Source: Bacillota bacterium
GTDB taxonomy: Bacteria; Bacillota; Clostridia; Christensenellales; UMGS416
Direction of reading: 5' to 3'
DNA length: 64,000 bases
Assembly: GCA_016281935.1 (NCBI GenBank)
Contig: JAEEJN010000078.1
Coordinates: 17,059-81,058 of the forward strand
Part shown: positions 34,657 to 44,495 of the stretch, piece after piece
How the letters are laid out: each line of letters opens with the position of its first letter
Position numbering within the stretch: position 1 is the first letter of the stretch
The notes under the pieces: model-generated
Seen by the model: only the letters and a program-made list of their open reading frames with translations
The model's database searches: none
What the model was told of the DNA's origin: nothing
Program-made: the position numbers and the translations under genes

Positions 34657-34685
34657 AAATAAAGGCGAAGCCGAACGGCTTCGCC
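34657..34685 (-). terminator. rho-independent terminator of the beta-helix gene
   Basis: Minus strand reads GGCGAAGCC-gttc-GGCTTCGCC followed by TTTATTT. Confidence 0.8.
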
Positions 34686-34705
34686 TGTGAGTGTCTTTTC
34701 AGGTT

Positions 34706-36712
34706 TTATGCCAGGATCTCTCCCGCTTCGTCCTTGCGGGCGAAAGGTCCCGAAAGAGCACGGCTCCCGCGATGGCATCCAAGGAAGTCGGTATCGAACA
34801 GGATCGGCGAACAGTCGGCCGCTTCGAATTTCTGTTCCGGCTCGAACGCGATGCCGAGCATGTCCGTGTAAACGAACGGCGTATCGAATTCGGGCAGAAG
34901 ATCGAACAGATCCGTATCCAGCCGCACGGAACCGTCCGTTTCCTTAAGATCCAACCGCACCGGAGTTTCCACCTCACGGTAATTGACTTCGCCGTCATAG
35001 GGTTTGGCTCCGTTGAAGTAAACGTTGCCTCCGCTGTAAACAGGAAGATGCATATAGTAGATATCTTTCATCATGCGGTCCTGGGAAGATTCGTAGCTGA
35101 ACTGCGCGGCATACCATTCTTCCGTAGGATAGCCGTCATAAGGTTTGGTCCCGCAGGTAAAATACGCTTCAGTAACGGGGCGCGGTCCCTCACCGAGTTT
35201 GGCTTTCGCATCTTCCCGCAGAGGTTTCTGAACAAAGATATTGTTGTAGAAACGCGCATCGCCGTGCTGGATCGTCATAAAGCCCGCTACTTCCGTCCTG
35301 TGGGGGATATGATAAGGCGTATACCGGCGGGAATGGAGCGTCTGTCCGCTGTTGTCAGTCCCCATGCCCACACCGACGAACGCGCCTGCGATGAGGTTGT
35401 GCACGAAGGCCAGGCCCTGCGTGCAGAGACGCGCGGAGATCGTGGACAGGAACAGGTTGTTGTCGATCAGTGTAGGTCCGTGAGAGACTTCCACAAAGAG
35501 ATCCTCGCCCACCGCCATGGCACTCATGAGTTCCGTTCCGCGCGGAGGTTCATTGTCGTGGAAAAGGTTCTGGCTCACACGGGTCCCCTGTGCCTGCCAG
35601 TCCAGCCAGAGACCGCGTGAGCAGTGGTGGATGTGGTTTCTGCGGATGACGACGTCGATCGCCGCGTGCATCTTGATGCCGCCGATCTCGGCTCCTGCGA
35701 GGTTCTGCTTATTGTTGATGTGATGGATATCGTTGTCCTCGATTACGGAGAACACACCTCCCAGATGTCCGACGATACCGGTCTGTCCGCAGTCATGGAT
35801 ATTGCAGCGTCGTACGATGTGGCTTCCGATCCGCTCCTTCGTCCATCCTTCATACTGAGCCTGGCAGATCGCATCACGCTCGTTCTGCGTACCGTCCTTG
35901 AAGTATTTGGTCGTCCACTTGTTCTCGTTGTTGGGCTGCAGGTATTTTCCCAGAGAAATGCCGGAGCATTTGGAATGAGAGATCTCACAGTCCTCGATGA
36001 TCCATCCCTTGGACCAGTGCGGACCGACCATGCCTTCCTGATAGGCGGTAGGCGGTGCCCAGTTCGTCGCAGCTTGCCTGACGGTGAATCCGGAGAGCGT
36101 GATATACCCGAGTCCCGTACGGTCGGGATAGAAACAGTTCCTTCTCACGTTGATCTCCACATTCTCCTGATTGGGATCCTTCCCCGCAAAATTAGCGTAA
36201 ATCAGGGTATATCCTTCTCCGTCCTGTTCCGTATACCAGGTCAGAAGAGTTCCCTCCGGATCCCAGGACCGCATGTTCTTAACAGGATTCGTGACACCGT
36301 CCAGCGTTTCCGTTTCATAGAGGGACTTCCCGTTCAGATAGACTTCGCCTCTGTGTGCCTTCATGACCGGACGGTACCAGTCACCCTTGACGAGGTCCGT
36401 ATAGGGATTATCGCCGCCAAACAGTCCGTTGGAGATCTTCGCGACCCATGTCTGTCCTTCATATTTCGTCCAGTTCTTCACTTCCTCCGCCCCGGTGATG
36501 ACCGCAGCAAGAGGGGCCTCGGAACGGTATACGATACGGGCATCTTCTGTTCCGCCGCGCAGCGGATTCACCCATTCCCTGTAGATGCCGGGAGCCACGA
36601 TGACTTCGTCTCCGGGACAGGCGGCTTTCGCCGCTTCGCTGATCGTACGGAAAGGCTGGGCTTTGCTGCCGTTGCCATGTCCGGCAAATGAGCCGTTTAC
36701 ATACCAAATCAT
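34706..36712 (-). CDS. right-handed parallel beta-helix repeat protein (pectate-lyase-fold, DUF1565-like N-terminus), cytoplasmic
   Basis: 668 aa. The N-terminus reads WYVNG...GNGSKAQPFRTISEAAKAACPGDEVIVAPGIYRE. Repeated IxDCxxxGI and HHC blocks mark the beta-helix. GAGGAGG lies 7 nt before the ATG at 36712. There is no signal peptide. Confidence 0.8.
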   Translation of the reverse strand: MIWYVNGSFAGHGNGSKAQPFRTISEAAKAACPGDEVIVAPGIYREWVNPLRGGTEDARIVYRSEAPLAAVITGAEEVKNWTKYEGQTWVAKISNGLFGGDNPYTDLVKGDWYRPVMKAHRGEVYLNGKSLYETETLDGVTNPVKNMRSWDPEGTLLTWYTEQDGEGYTLIYANFAGKDPNQENVEINVRRNCFYPDRTGLGYITLSGFTVRQAATNWAPPTAYQEGMVGPHWSKGWIIEDCEISHSKCSGISLGKYLQPNNENKWTTKYFKDGTQNERDAICQAQYEGWTKERIGSHIVRRCNIHDCGQTGIVGHLGGVFSVIEDNDIHHINNKQNLAGAEIGGIKMHAAIDVVIRRNHIHHCSRGLWLDWQAQGTRVSQNLFHDNEPPRGTELMSAMAVGEDLFVEVSHGPTLIDNNLFLSTISARLCTQGLAFVHNLIAGAFVGVGMGTDNSGQTLHSRRYTPYHIPHRTEVAGFMTIQHGDARFYNNIFVQKPLREDAKAKLGEGPRPVTEAYFTCGTKPYDGYPTEEWYAAQFSYESSQDRMMKDIYYMHLPVYSGGNVYFNGAKPYDGEVNYREVETPVRLDLKETDGSVRLDTDLFDLLPEFDTPFVYTDMLGIAFEPEQKFEAADCSPILFDTDFLGCHRGSRALSGPFARKDEAGEILA

Positions 36713-36929
36713 GATGATTCCTCCTCTTCTTCCCACAATGCAGGAACGATTGATCTTTGATTTTACTATATGCCCTATTTCTCCCGAGTGTCAACCGGAA
36801 TCATCCCGTTTCAAGCAGAGACGGGATGACAGTTTCGGCAAACAGTTCGCTTTTTGACCATGCGGCTTGACAACCCCTGTCAAGGGGGGGTATGTTGAAA
36901 CCAGAATCCAAAGACTAAGGAGGATACCC

Positions 36930-37349
36930 ATGATTAAAGGCATTGCACACACCGCGATCACCGTCAAGAACATGGACGAATCTCTGGCTTTTTATGTCGG
37001 CGGACTTGGCTTCCAGAAAGCCTTCTCCATCCCGGAACCCAAGACAGGCGAGCCCTGGATTGAGTATATCGCCGTAGGCGGCGGACAGTTCATCGAACTC
37101 TTCTACGGCGGCACGCAGGACAACCCCTGGAACGGCAAACTGATCGGCTTCAATCACCTCTGCCTTGAGGTGGACGATATCTTCGAAACCTCCAAGAAGG
37201 TCCAGGATGCCGGTTATGCCGTTACAAACGGTCCCAAGCAGGGTGCTGACGGCAATTGGCAGGCTTGGGTCACAGATCCCAACGGCATCCGTATCGAACT
37301 CATGCAGCTGGATCCCAATTCGCCTCAGAGACAGTTCTATAACAAATAA
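36930..37349 (+). CDS. VOC/glyoxalase-family protein
   Basis: 139 aa. MIKGIAHTAITVKNMDESLAFY...FNHLCLEVDD fits the VOC fold. AAGGAGG lies before the ATG at 36930. Confidence 0.85.
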   Translation: MIKGIAHTAITVKNMDESLAFYVGGLGFQKAFSIPEPKTGEPWIEYIAVGGGQFIELFYGGTQDNPWNGKLIGFNHLCLEVDDIFETSKKVQDAGYAVTNGPKQGADGNWQAWVTDPNGIRIELMQLDPNSPQRQFYNK

Positions 37350-37361
37350 ACCGTACCATTG

Positions 37362-37388
37362 AAAAGCCCGCACGCATGCGGGCTTTTA
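37362..37388 (+). terminator. rho-independent terminator
   Basis: AAAAGCCCGCA-cgca-TGCGGGCTTTT. Confidence 0.8.
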
Positions 37389-37458
37389 AAGGATTGCCCG
37401 GATCGGTCGGGAGCATATATCCTGCAATCGATGAGACGGACAGAAGAAAGGAAGTCTC

Positions 37459-38649
37459 ATGCAGTATGAAAAGGTCCGCACTGCCGTCATCGGCTGCGGT
37501 ACGATCAGCAATATCTATATCCGCAATCTCTCCAAACTGTTCTCCATCATCGACCTTGTTGCGCTCTGCGATCTGAATCCCGAAACAGCAAAAGAAAAAG
37601 CGGCCCTGTACGGCATCCCCCGTGTCATGACGCTGGATGAGATCGCGGAAGACCCGGACATCGAGCTGGCGGTATGCTTGACCCCCGTACCCGGACACGC
37701 TTCCGTGATCCGCAGGATGCTGAAAGCCGGAAAACATGTATTCAGCGAAAAAATGCTGACGGAAGACCTGCAGGACGCACGCGAACTCACGGCACTCGCT
37801 GCCGAACTCGGTCTCCAGCTTGGCTGTGCACCGGATACCTCTCTCGGTGCAGGCGTTCAAACCGCACGGTACGCTGTGGACAAAGGTCTGATCGGACAGC
37901 CGACCTCATGCCTGATCTCGCTGAACCGGGACCAGAGTCTTCTGGCGGAAAGCTTCCGTTTTCTTCAGCAGAAAGGCGGCGCTCTCCCGTTCGACATGGG
38001 CGGATATTATCTTTCCGCCATGCTCATGCTGCTGGGCAGCGTGGAAGCGGTTCAGGCTTTCGCTTCCCCCGCTCTGCCCCACACGCCGCGCAATCTGTAC
38101 CGCGGTGATTCCAAGGACAGCTTCACGATCCCCGGGCCTGCCGTCATGACGGGCGGGCTTCGGTTTGCATCCGGCGTCCTCGGCAGCATCCATCTGAACG
38201 GCAGCAGCGCCAACCCGGAAAAACCCATCCTCACAGTCTACGGCACCGAAGGAAGGATCGAGCTCGGAGATCCGAACACCTTCCGCGGTCCCGTCACACT
38301 GGTCCGCGCCAACGGGCAGTCCTGCGTTCTCCCTCTGACACACGGGTACGACGGCACGCCTGTACTGCCTGATCCGACACCGTGGGAAACCGTGTACGGA
38401 CACAGAGGGATCGGCGCTGCGGAACTGGCATGGTCTGTCCGGAAAGGCCGTCCCGCCCGTCTGGGCGGATCCTATGGACTCCATTCCATGGAGATCCTCT
38501 TCGGCATGACAGAATCGGCCGAGACGGGAAAAGCCGTGTCAATCGAATCCAGAGTCGACCTGCGTCCTCTGCCGCCCGGCTACTATTCCGCGTTTTACAG
38601 CATAGACGGTTCCAGCCGCGGAGATGCCGAACTCTCTCTTGCAGAGTAA
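37459..38649 (+). CDS. Gfo/Idh/MocA-family oxidoreductase
   Basis: 396 aa with N-terminal Rossmann segment VRTAVIGCGTISNIYI and the EKM motif (FSEKML). Confidence 0.88.
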   Translation: MQYEKVRTAVIGCGTISNIYIRNLSKLFSIIDLVALCDLNPETAKEKAALYGIPRVMTLDEIAEDPDIELAVCLTPVPGHASVIRRMLKAGKHVFSEKMLTEDLQDARELTALAAELGLQLGCAPDTSLGAGVQTARYAVDKGLIGQPTSCLISLNRDQSLLAESFRFLQQKGGALPFDMGGYYLSAMLMLLGSVEAVQAFASPALPHTPRNLYRGDSKDSFTIPGPAVMTGGLRFASGVLGSIHLNGSSANPEKPILTVYGTEGRIELGDPNTFRGPVTLVRANGQSCVLPLTHGYDGTPVLPDPTPWETVYGHRGIGAAELAWSVRKGRPARLGGSYGLHSMEILFGMTESAETGKAVSIESRVDLRPLPPGYYSAFYSIDGSSRGDAELSLAE

Positions 38650-38655
38650 TCCTGA

Positions 38656-38699
38656 CAAAAAAGCCCGGAAGAGTGCTGAGCACTTCTTCCGGGCTTCTT
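38656..38699. terminator. bidirectional rho-independent terminator
   Basis: AAAAAAGCCCGGAAGAGTGC-tga-GCACTTCTTCCGGGCTTCTT. Confidence 0.85.
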
Positions 38700-38706
38700 G
38701 CTATGG

Positions 38707-39840
38707 TCAGATATCCAGCGCCTCATAAATCAGCGCGCGGATATTGGGATGAATGACGTAATAGGAATCACCGAAGTTGCGTACGTGCATGGCATAGAAC
38801 GCAGACACATGCTTGTGCGGATCGATCATCATCCAGGCACCGGCAGCCCCGTCCCACCCGAACTCTCCGATGCCTCCGCGGATCCCCTTTTCCAGTGTCA
38901 CGCGGGTACGGACGCCCAGAGCGTAGGAATAGCCGAGCCGGTTCCATGCGTCGAAGCTCGCCCTGGATCTCGGTCCGAGCTGGTTCGCGCTCCAGAGCTG
39001 GATCATCTCGGGAGAGAGGATCCTGGCCCCGTCGGCGCCTTTTCCCCCGCATGCAAGCGCGTCAGCAAACAGAGCGCAGTCCCTCACGTTGCTGGCAAGA
39101 CCCGCGCCGCCGCTCTCATAGTTCGGACTCAGACGGTAATGGTTCTGCATGGGAGGACAGAGCTCATAGCGCTTCTCTTCAGGATGAAACTGATACTGCG
39201 CGCATTCTTTCGCCATGTCTTCCTCTTTCAGTCTGAAACCGATCGTATCCAGTCCGAGAGGCATGAAGATATGTTCCTTCAGATACTGAGAGAACGACTG
39301 TCCGGAAACGACTTCGATCACAGCTCCCAGAACGTCATGGCACAGACTGTAGAGGAAGTCGGTCCCCGGTTCGAACTGGAGTGCATCCTGAGCTTTGGCG
39401 TCGATCAGTTCCCTGGTCGTCGCCCGGTTGTCCGTACGCTTCAGTGTCTCACGGATCGCTTCTGTGTCCATGTTGTAGTCCAGACCGCCCTGCATGCTCA
39501 TCAGATGACGGATCGTCATGACGCGTTCGGCGGGTTTCGTACCGTCTCCGTCCTTGACTTTCATCGACGAAAAAGCAGGCAGAAACTTGGCAACGGGATC
39601 GTCCAGCGCGATCTTTCCGGCTTCTATCAGCTGCATCACGGCGCAGGTCGTGAAGACTTTGGAACAGGAATAGAGAGAGTAGGTCTCATCGCCCTGCATG
39701 GGTTTGGTCTTCGCGTCGTCCCGGAATCCAGCCTGGCGGCGGAACACGACTTCATGATCCCTGTAAACGATCAGATCACAGCCCGGAACGCCCGCTGCGG
39801 GCAGCGAATCCACATACTGGCTCAATTTATCGAATGACAT
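38707..39840 (-). CDS. serine hydrolase of the beta-lactamase/transpeptidase-like family
   Basis: 377 aa with the SxxK motif SCSKVFT. The length fits class-C-like esterases. AAGGAAGG SD is present. Confidence 0.85.
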   Translation of the reverse strand: MSFDKLSQYVDSLPAAGVPGCDLIVYRDHEVVFRRQAGFRDDAKTKPMQGDETYSLYSCSKVFTTCAVMQLIEAGKIALDDPVAKFLPAFSSMKVKDGDGTKPAERVMTIRHLMSMQGGLDYNMDTEAIRETLKRTDNRATTRELIDAKAQDALQFEPGTDFLYSLCHDVLGAVIEVVSGQSFSQYLKEHIFMPLGLDTIGFRLKEEDMAKECAQYQFHPEEKRYELCPPMQNHYRLSPNYESGGAGLASNVRDCALFADALACGGKGADGARILSPEMIQLWSANQLGPRSRASFDAWNRLGYSYALGVRTRVTLEKGIRGGIGEFGWDGAAGAWMMIDPHKHVSAFYAMHVRNFGDSYYVIHPNIRALIYEALDI

Positions 39841-40024
39841 AAATGGTCCTTCCTTTCCTGGTAATCTTGCATATTAATGATATCATCTGCCCGTGTCCGT
39901 GCAAAGTCACAGAATGAAGATTCCGTCATGCGGCCGGCCGCTCTTCCCTTCAGATCGTTATCATTGATTGACAGCACAAAGGATTGTTCTTATCATAAAC
40001 GTAAAATGAAAAGGAGGCAGAACC

Positions 40025-40678
40025 ATGCCGGAATTCAGCGCTGCGATCTTTGATCTGAACGGAGTGCTCGTCGATACGGATCGGTATGATTATGAAGCCT
40101 GGCGGATCACCGCAGCCCGCTACGGACTGGATCTGACGCGAAGCATCCACAGACATCTCCGCGGGCTGTCCCGCACGGCCAGTCTCGAAGTGGTGCTGAA
40201 AGAAACGGGCGCCTGTCTGAATGATAATCAGAAAACAGCTCTATCTGCGGAGAAAAACGATCTGTATCAGAAACTTCTGTATGAGATGTCTCCGTCAGAT
40301 CCGACGGAAGAAGTCAGAACGACACTGGCTCTTCTCCACGACCGCGGTTATATGCTGGCTGTAGGTTCCTCATCTCAGAACGGAGTTTTCATTCTGAAAC
40401 AAACAGGTCTCTGGGACATGTTCGACGCCGTCTGCGACGGGAATGACATACACAGGGCAAAACCCGACCCGGAGGTGTTTCTTCTCGCAGCCTCCCGTCT
40501 TGCGCTTCCTCCGGAGCGCTGTCTGGTCGTGGAGGATGCAGTGCCCGGCGTCGAGGCCGCACACCGCGGAGGAATGAAAGCGGCCTGCATCTCTGACGCG
40601 TCCCGCGCCGGAGCAGGGGATTACAACATGGATCGCTTTTCCGATCTTCTGGATATCCTGAAAAAACCGGAGACCTGA
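40025..40678 (+). CDS. HAD-IA hydrolase, beta-phosphoglucomutase-like, with an atypical motif I (DLNG)
   Basis: 217 aa. Motif I reads FDLNGVLVDT, with Asn where Asp+2 is expected. Motif II is VGSSS and motif IV is EDAVPGVEAA. AAGGAGG SD is present. Confidence 0.75.
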   Translation: MPEFSAAIFDLNGVLVDTDRYDYEAWRITAARYGLDLTRSIHRHLRGLSRTASLEVVLKETGACLNDNQKTALSAEKNDLYQKLLYEMSPSDPTEEVRTTLALLHDRGYMLAVGSSSQNGVFILKQTGLWDMFDAVCDGNDIHRAKPDPEVFLLAASRLALPPERCLVVEDAVPGVEAAHRGGMKAACISDASRAGAGDYNMDRFSDLLDILKKPET

Positions 40679-40699
40679 TCAACTGGTCTCCGGTTTTTT
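40661..40699. terminator. bidirectional rho-independent terminator
   Basis: AAAAAACCGGAGACC-tgatcaact-GGTCTCCGGTTTTTT. It overlaps the last codons of the HAD gene. Confidence 0.85.
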
Positions 40700-41321
40700 A
40701 CAGTATCGGGCAGCGTGTCCGTTCCATGCCGACTGTCGTCGGTTCCGAATGTCCGGAATAAAGGATCGTTTCCGGCGGAAGGACAAAGACGCGATCTATC
40801 AGGCTGGCACGAAGGTCCCTGAGGCTGCCGCCCGGAAAATCAGTACGGCCGACTGCCCCTGCAAACACCGTATCGCCCACGAACGCGATCCCGTCCTCCT
40901 TCCCGTAATAGACGACGGAATCCTGCGTATGGCCGGGTGTGGAAACAACCTGCAGGGAAAGCGTACCTGACCTGTTTTCCACAACGCATCCGTCCGACAG
41001 GAGCCTGTCGGCAGACAGCCTGAGCGGAACACCGTAATAGGCGGAAAGATTCATGCGCGGATCCTCCAGATACCGCGGCCCATCCTCGTATGCCCATACA
41101 GGCGCACAAAGCCTGGACCTCAATGCCTCCACGGCGCCGATATGATCGAAATGGCCGTGTGTCAGAAGGATCGCATCGATGGTCCAGCCTTTTTCACCGA
41201 TCCATTCAGCCACCCTGTCCGGTTCCGCACCGGGATCGATGAGAAAACCGCACCCTTTTTCGTCCACGTATGCATATGTCATCTCTTCCAGGAAGCCCCT
41301 GACCGCCATCGATCCGACCAT
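40698..41321 (-). CDS. MBL-fold metallo-hydrolase (glyoxalase II-like)
   Basis: About 207 aa with motif THGHFDH. I prefer the ATG at 41321, 15 nt after the upstream HAD stop. The track start at 41507 lies inside that gene. Confidence 0.85.
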   Translation of the reverse strand: MVGSMAVRGFLEEMTYAYVDEKGCGFLIDPGAEPDRVAEWIGEKGWTIDAILLTHGHFDHIGAVEALRSRLCAPVWAYEDGPRYLEDPRMNLSAYYGVPLRLSADRLLSDGCVVENRSGTLSLQVVSTPGHTQDSVVYYGKEDGIAFVGDTVFAGAVGRTDFPGGSLRDLRASLIDRVFVLPPETILYSGHSEPTTVGMERTRCPIL

Positions 41322-41335
41322 GTACCGTTTCCTTT

Positions 41336-42049
41336 CTATTGAAGCCGCTCCAGGTATTCCTTCAGTGCCGTGAAGTCCCCCTGAGGGAACACCGACCTGT
41401 CGGTTCCGTCTTTCTCGATCAGGCAGTCCGTTACCAGAAACACGGACAGTCCCAGAGATGAAGCGGGGATCATGTCTTCCCCCACATCGTTTCCCACCAT
41501 AACACATTCTTCGGGACGCAGACCACGTCTTTCCATGAGATCCGTATAGTAGACGGGGTTCGGTTTTGCAAATCTGCTCGTCTCGAAGACAGTGATCTCA
41601 TCGAAATCGGAAGGTTCGAGACCGGCCCACCGGACACGGCTCTCCGTCGCATAGGAAGGGAAGATCGGATTGGTCGCGAGCACAGTGGAGATGCCCCTGC
41701 GGCGAAGACTCCTCACAACCTCTGCAGCCAGAGGCTGGAATCCGCAGAACTGGCGGGCACACTGGAAATCGTCCCTGTAGAATTCCTCGAAAAGGACTTT
41801 GTGGTTCAGGACCTTCTCTCCGTAGATCTCCTCCATGCGCTTCCAGAAAGCTTCTTCGTTCGTTCTGGAGCCGTCATTGGCAGCCATAGCGGCCGTGCCG
41901 GCCCAGATGGAACGGACAAGGGTCTTGGGCTCATATCCGTAAGGGCCCAGTTTCTGAGCAAGAAAGCGGAAATAGCCTGTCGTGAAAACATCCTGATCCA
42001 TCGGCAGCAGCGTGCCGTCCAGATCGAAAAATACCGTTTTGGTTTTCAA
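41336..42049 (-). CDS. HAD-family hydrolase
   Basis: 237 aa. Motif I is FFDLDGTL and motif IV is GNDVGEDM. It has a TTG start with AGAGGT 7 nt upstream. Confidence 0.8.
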   Translation of the reverse strand: MKTKTVFFDLDGTLLPMDQDVFTTGYFRFLAQKLGPYGYEPKTLVRSIWAGTAAMAANDGSRTNEEAFWKRMEEIYGEKVLNHKVLFEEFYRDDFQCARQFCGFQPLAAEVVRSLRRRGISTVLATNPIFPSYATESRVRWAGLEPSDFDEITVFETSRFAKPNPVYYTDLMERRGLRPEECVMVGNDVGEDMIPASSLGLSVFLVTDCLIEKDGTDRSVFPQGDFTALKEYLERLQ

Positions 42050-42079
42050 TATCTGTACCTCTGTCGATATAGATGATCC

Positions 42080-42109
42080 AAAAAAAGAGCATGGTCTGCG
42101 CCATGCCCT
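42080..42109 (-). terminator. rho-independent terminator of xpt
   Basis: Minus strand reads AGGGCATGG-cgcaga-CCATGCTCT (one G-U pair) followed by TTTTTTT. Confidence 0.7.
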
Positions 42110-42128
42110 GTTTCCGGTCCCTTATGGC

Positions 42129-42707
42129 CTACAGAAATTCGATTTCGCCTGTTTCATCGTTCATGGAGGCGATCCGGGCAAGAGATTCGACCTTGATCCC
42201 CTTGGAGCGGATCATGTCTCCTCCTCCCTGATAGGCTTTCTCGATCGCGACTCCGATGCCTTCCAGAGTCGCTCCGGACATGCGCACGATCTCTGTCAGC
42301 CCCTCCAGTGCCATACCGTTCGCAAGGAAATCATCGATGATCAGCACATGATCGCCTGGCCCCAGATATTTCTGGCTGACAAATACGTCGTAAACACGTT
42401 TGTGAGTGAAGGATTCGATCTTGACGCTGTAGATATCCCCATCTACATTGACGCTCTGTGCCTTTTTGGCAAAGACGACGGGACAGTCTCCGAACGCTTC
42501 CGCTGCAAGGCATGCGATCGCGATGCCGGACGCTTCGATCGTCAGGATTTTGTTGATCGGTCTGTCGGCAAACAGACGCCTCCATTCCTTTCCCATCTCT
42601 CTGAAAAGCGATACATCCAGCTGATGGTTCAGAAAACAGTCTACTTTCAGGACATTGCCCGCTTTTACGATCCCCTGCGCGCGGATCTTATCTTCCAAAG
42701 CCTTCAT
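42129..42707 (-). CDS. xpt: xanthine phosphoribosyltransferase
   Basis: 192 aa, colinear with B. subtilis Xpt as I recall it ([12 protein letters not shown]...[10 protein letters not shown]...[11 protein letters not shown]). GGAGGGG lies before the ATG at 42707. Confidence 0.9.
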   Translation of the reverse strand: MKALEDKIRAQGIVKAGNVLKVDCFLNHQLDVSLFREMGKEWRRLFADRPINKILTIEASGIAIACLAAEAFGDCPVVFAKKAQSVNVDGDIYSVKIESFTHKRVYDVFVSQKYLGPGDHVLIIDDFLANGMALEGLTEIVRMSGATLEGIGVAIEKAYQGGGDMIRSKGIKVESLARIASMNDETGEIEFL

Positions 42708-42824
42708 GGTTCCCCTCCGTTCTCTTAAGAATAATACAACGAACAGGTGCAAACTTCAAGATAACTGGATGAAATGCCTCGGATATGATATACTAAACCC
42801 AATCGATCGTGCAAGGAGGATGCA

Positions 42825-43313
42825 ATGCAGCTCACACAGGAAATCCTGACGCTTCTGCAGCAGGACTCGACATTATCTCCCAAAGCCATTGCTCAGATGA
42901 CGGGCAGTGATGAAGAGACCGTACGAGCCGAGATAGAACGGCTTCGTGACGAAGGCGTGATCCTCGGGTATACGATCCGGATCAACACGGAAAAATCCCC
43001 GATACCGACGGTAGAAGCCATGATCGAAGTCAAGGTATCCCCTCAGCGCGATCTCGGTTACAACGACATCGCCCGCAGGATCTATAAATTCCCGGAAGTC
43101 GAATCCGTTTTTCTTATGAGCGGCGCCTATGATCTTGCAGTCAAGATCCAGGCTCCCACGATGCAGGCTATTTCCGCCTTTGTATGGGAAAAGCTCGCCG
43201 TCCTTGACGGAGTCACCGGGACCGCTACCCTTTTCATCATGCGGAAATACAAAGAGAACGGTACGATCCTCGTTGAAGACGAGGTTCCCGAAAGGCTGGT
43301 CATCACCCCATGA
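42825..43313 (+). CDS. Lrp/AsnC-family transcriptional regulator
   Basis: 162 aa with an N-terminal wHTH and a C-terminal RAM domain (VFLMSGAYDLAVKI). AAGGAGG SD is present. Confidence 0.9.
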   Translation: MQLTQEILTLLQQDSTLSPKAIAQMTGSDEETVRAEIERLRDEGVILGYTIRINTEKSPIPTVEAMIEVKVSPQRDLGYNDIARRIYKFPEVESVFLMSGAYDLAVKIQAPTMQAISAFVWEKLAVLDGVTGTATLFIMRKYKENGTILVEDEVPERLVITP

Positions 43314-44479
43314 ATTATGATAAGGTCCTTGCATCTCCGGTCGTGTCGATTCCCCCGTCGGGGATCCGGCGCTTCTTTGATGTCGCCTCCACGATGCAGG
43401 GCGTTATCTCTCTGGGCGTAGGCGAACCTGATTTCGTCACCCCGTGGAATATCCGGGAAGCGTCGATCCACTCCATCGAGCACGGGCGTACGCATTACAC
43501 ATCCAATCACGGCATGCCCGAACTGAGGGAACTGATCTGCGAATATCTTTCCCGCCGTTACGGCGTCCGTTATGATCTGAGCAGCTGTCTCGTGACGGTC
43601 GGTGCCAGCGAAGCGCTGGACCTGGCTTTCAGGGCTCTTCTGAATCCCGGAGACGAAGTCCTGATCCCGGCTCCTTCTTACGTATCCTATGCACCTTGCG
43701 TCACGCTGGCCCACGGTATCCCCGTTGCGGTCCCCACATACGAAGAAGATGCTTATGCTCTCAGAGCGGACGTACTAGAAAGCTTTCTCAACGAAAGAAC
43801 AAAAGCCGTCATCCTTCCCTATCCGAACAATCCGACCGGCGGCATCATGACGCGCCCTCAGATCGATGCGGTCACCCGCGTCCTGTCGGGCCGTGACGTC
43901 GTCATGATCGCGGATGAAATCTACAGCGAACTCACGTACGGCGGAACGCACGAGTCCTTCGCCAAAGGCATGGAGGACCGCACGATCCTGATCAACGGCT
44001 TTTCCAAAGCCTTTGCCATGACCGGCTGGCGTCTTGGCTATGCCTGCGGCCCCAAGCCGCTGATCGACATGATGGTCAAGATCCATCAGTATACCATGCT
44101 CTGCGCTCCTGTCATGGCCCAGACCGCTGGCATTGAAGCGCTCAAGGACGCCCTGTCCTCCGATTTCGCACAGGTCAGAGCTATGCGGAACGCATACAAC
44201 CGGCGCAGGCTCCTGATTTATGAAGGCTTCAAAGACATGGGGCTTCCCGTTTTTGAGCCGAGAGGCGCCTTCTATATCTTCCCTTCCATCCGGGAAACCG
44301 GGATGACGTCGGAACAGTTCTGTGAACGGCTCCTGAAGGAAGGGCGTGTCGCAACAGTCCCCGGCAACGCGTTCGGAGACGCCGGAGAAGGTCATATCCG
44401 CTGTTCCTATGCGGCCTCCACGGACAACATCATGGAAAGCCTGCGAAGGATCCGCGTTTTTCTCAATCATCTGAACTAG
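43310..44479 (+). CDS. class I/II PLP-dependent aminotransferase (AlaT/AspC-like)
   Basis: 389 aa with PLP lysine context NGFSKAFAMTGWRLGY. It overlaps the Lrp gene in an ATGA junction, which resembles the B. subtilis alaR-alaT arrangement. Confidence 0.9.
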   Translation: MNYDKVLASPVVSIPPSGIRRFFDVASTMQGVISLGVGEPDFVTPWNIREASIHSIEHGRTHYTSNHGMPELRELICEYLSRRYGVRYDLSSCLVTVGASEALDLAFRALLNPGDEVLIPAPSYVSYAPCVTLAHGIPVAVPTYEEDAYALRADVLESFLNERTKAVILPYPNNPTGGIMTRPQIDAVTRVLSGRDVVMIADEIYSELTYGGTHESFAKGMEDRTILINGFSKAFAMTGWRLGYACGPKPLIDMMVKIHQYTMLCAPVMAQTAGIEALKDALSSDFAQVRAMRNAYNRRRLLIYEGFKDMGLPVFEPRGAFYIFPSIRETGMTSEQFCERLLKEGRVATVPGNAFGDAGEGHIRCSYAASTDNIMESLRRIRVFLNHLN

Positions 44480-44495
44480 AAAGGAGATCGTCTCT

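Noticed and set aside
36809-36838. Hairpin CATCCCGTTTC-aagca-GAGACGGGATG, and the palindrome TTGACA-acccc-TGTCAA (about 36867-36883), in the beta-helix/VOC divergent region.
   Set aside because: The hairpin has no T-run and no gene ends next to it. The palindrome coincides with a -35-like hexamer. Without conservation data, neither can be distinguished from chance.
42708-42824. Expected purine riboswitch upstream of xpt.
   Set aside because: The 117-nt divergent intergenic region contains nothing like the conserved purine-riboswitch core I remember (loops around UAUAAUCGCG...CUACCGGG...CCGACUA). It is largely taken up by two promoters and the SD.
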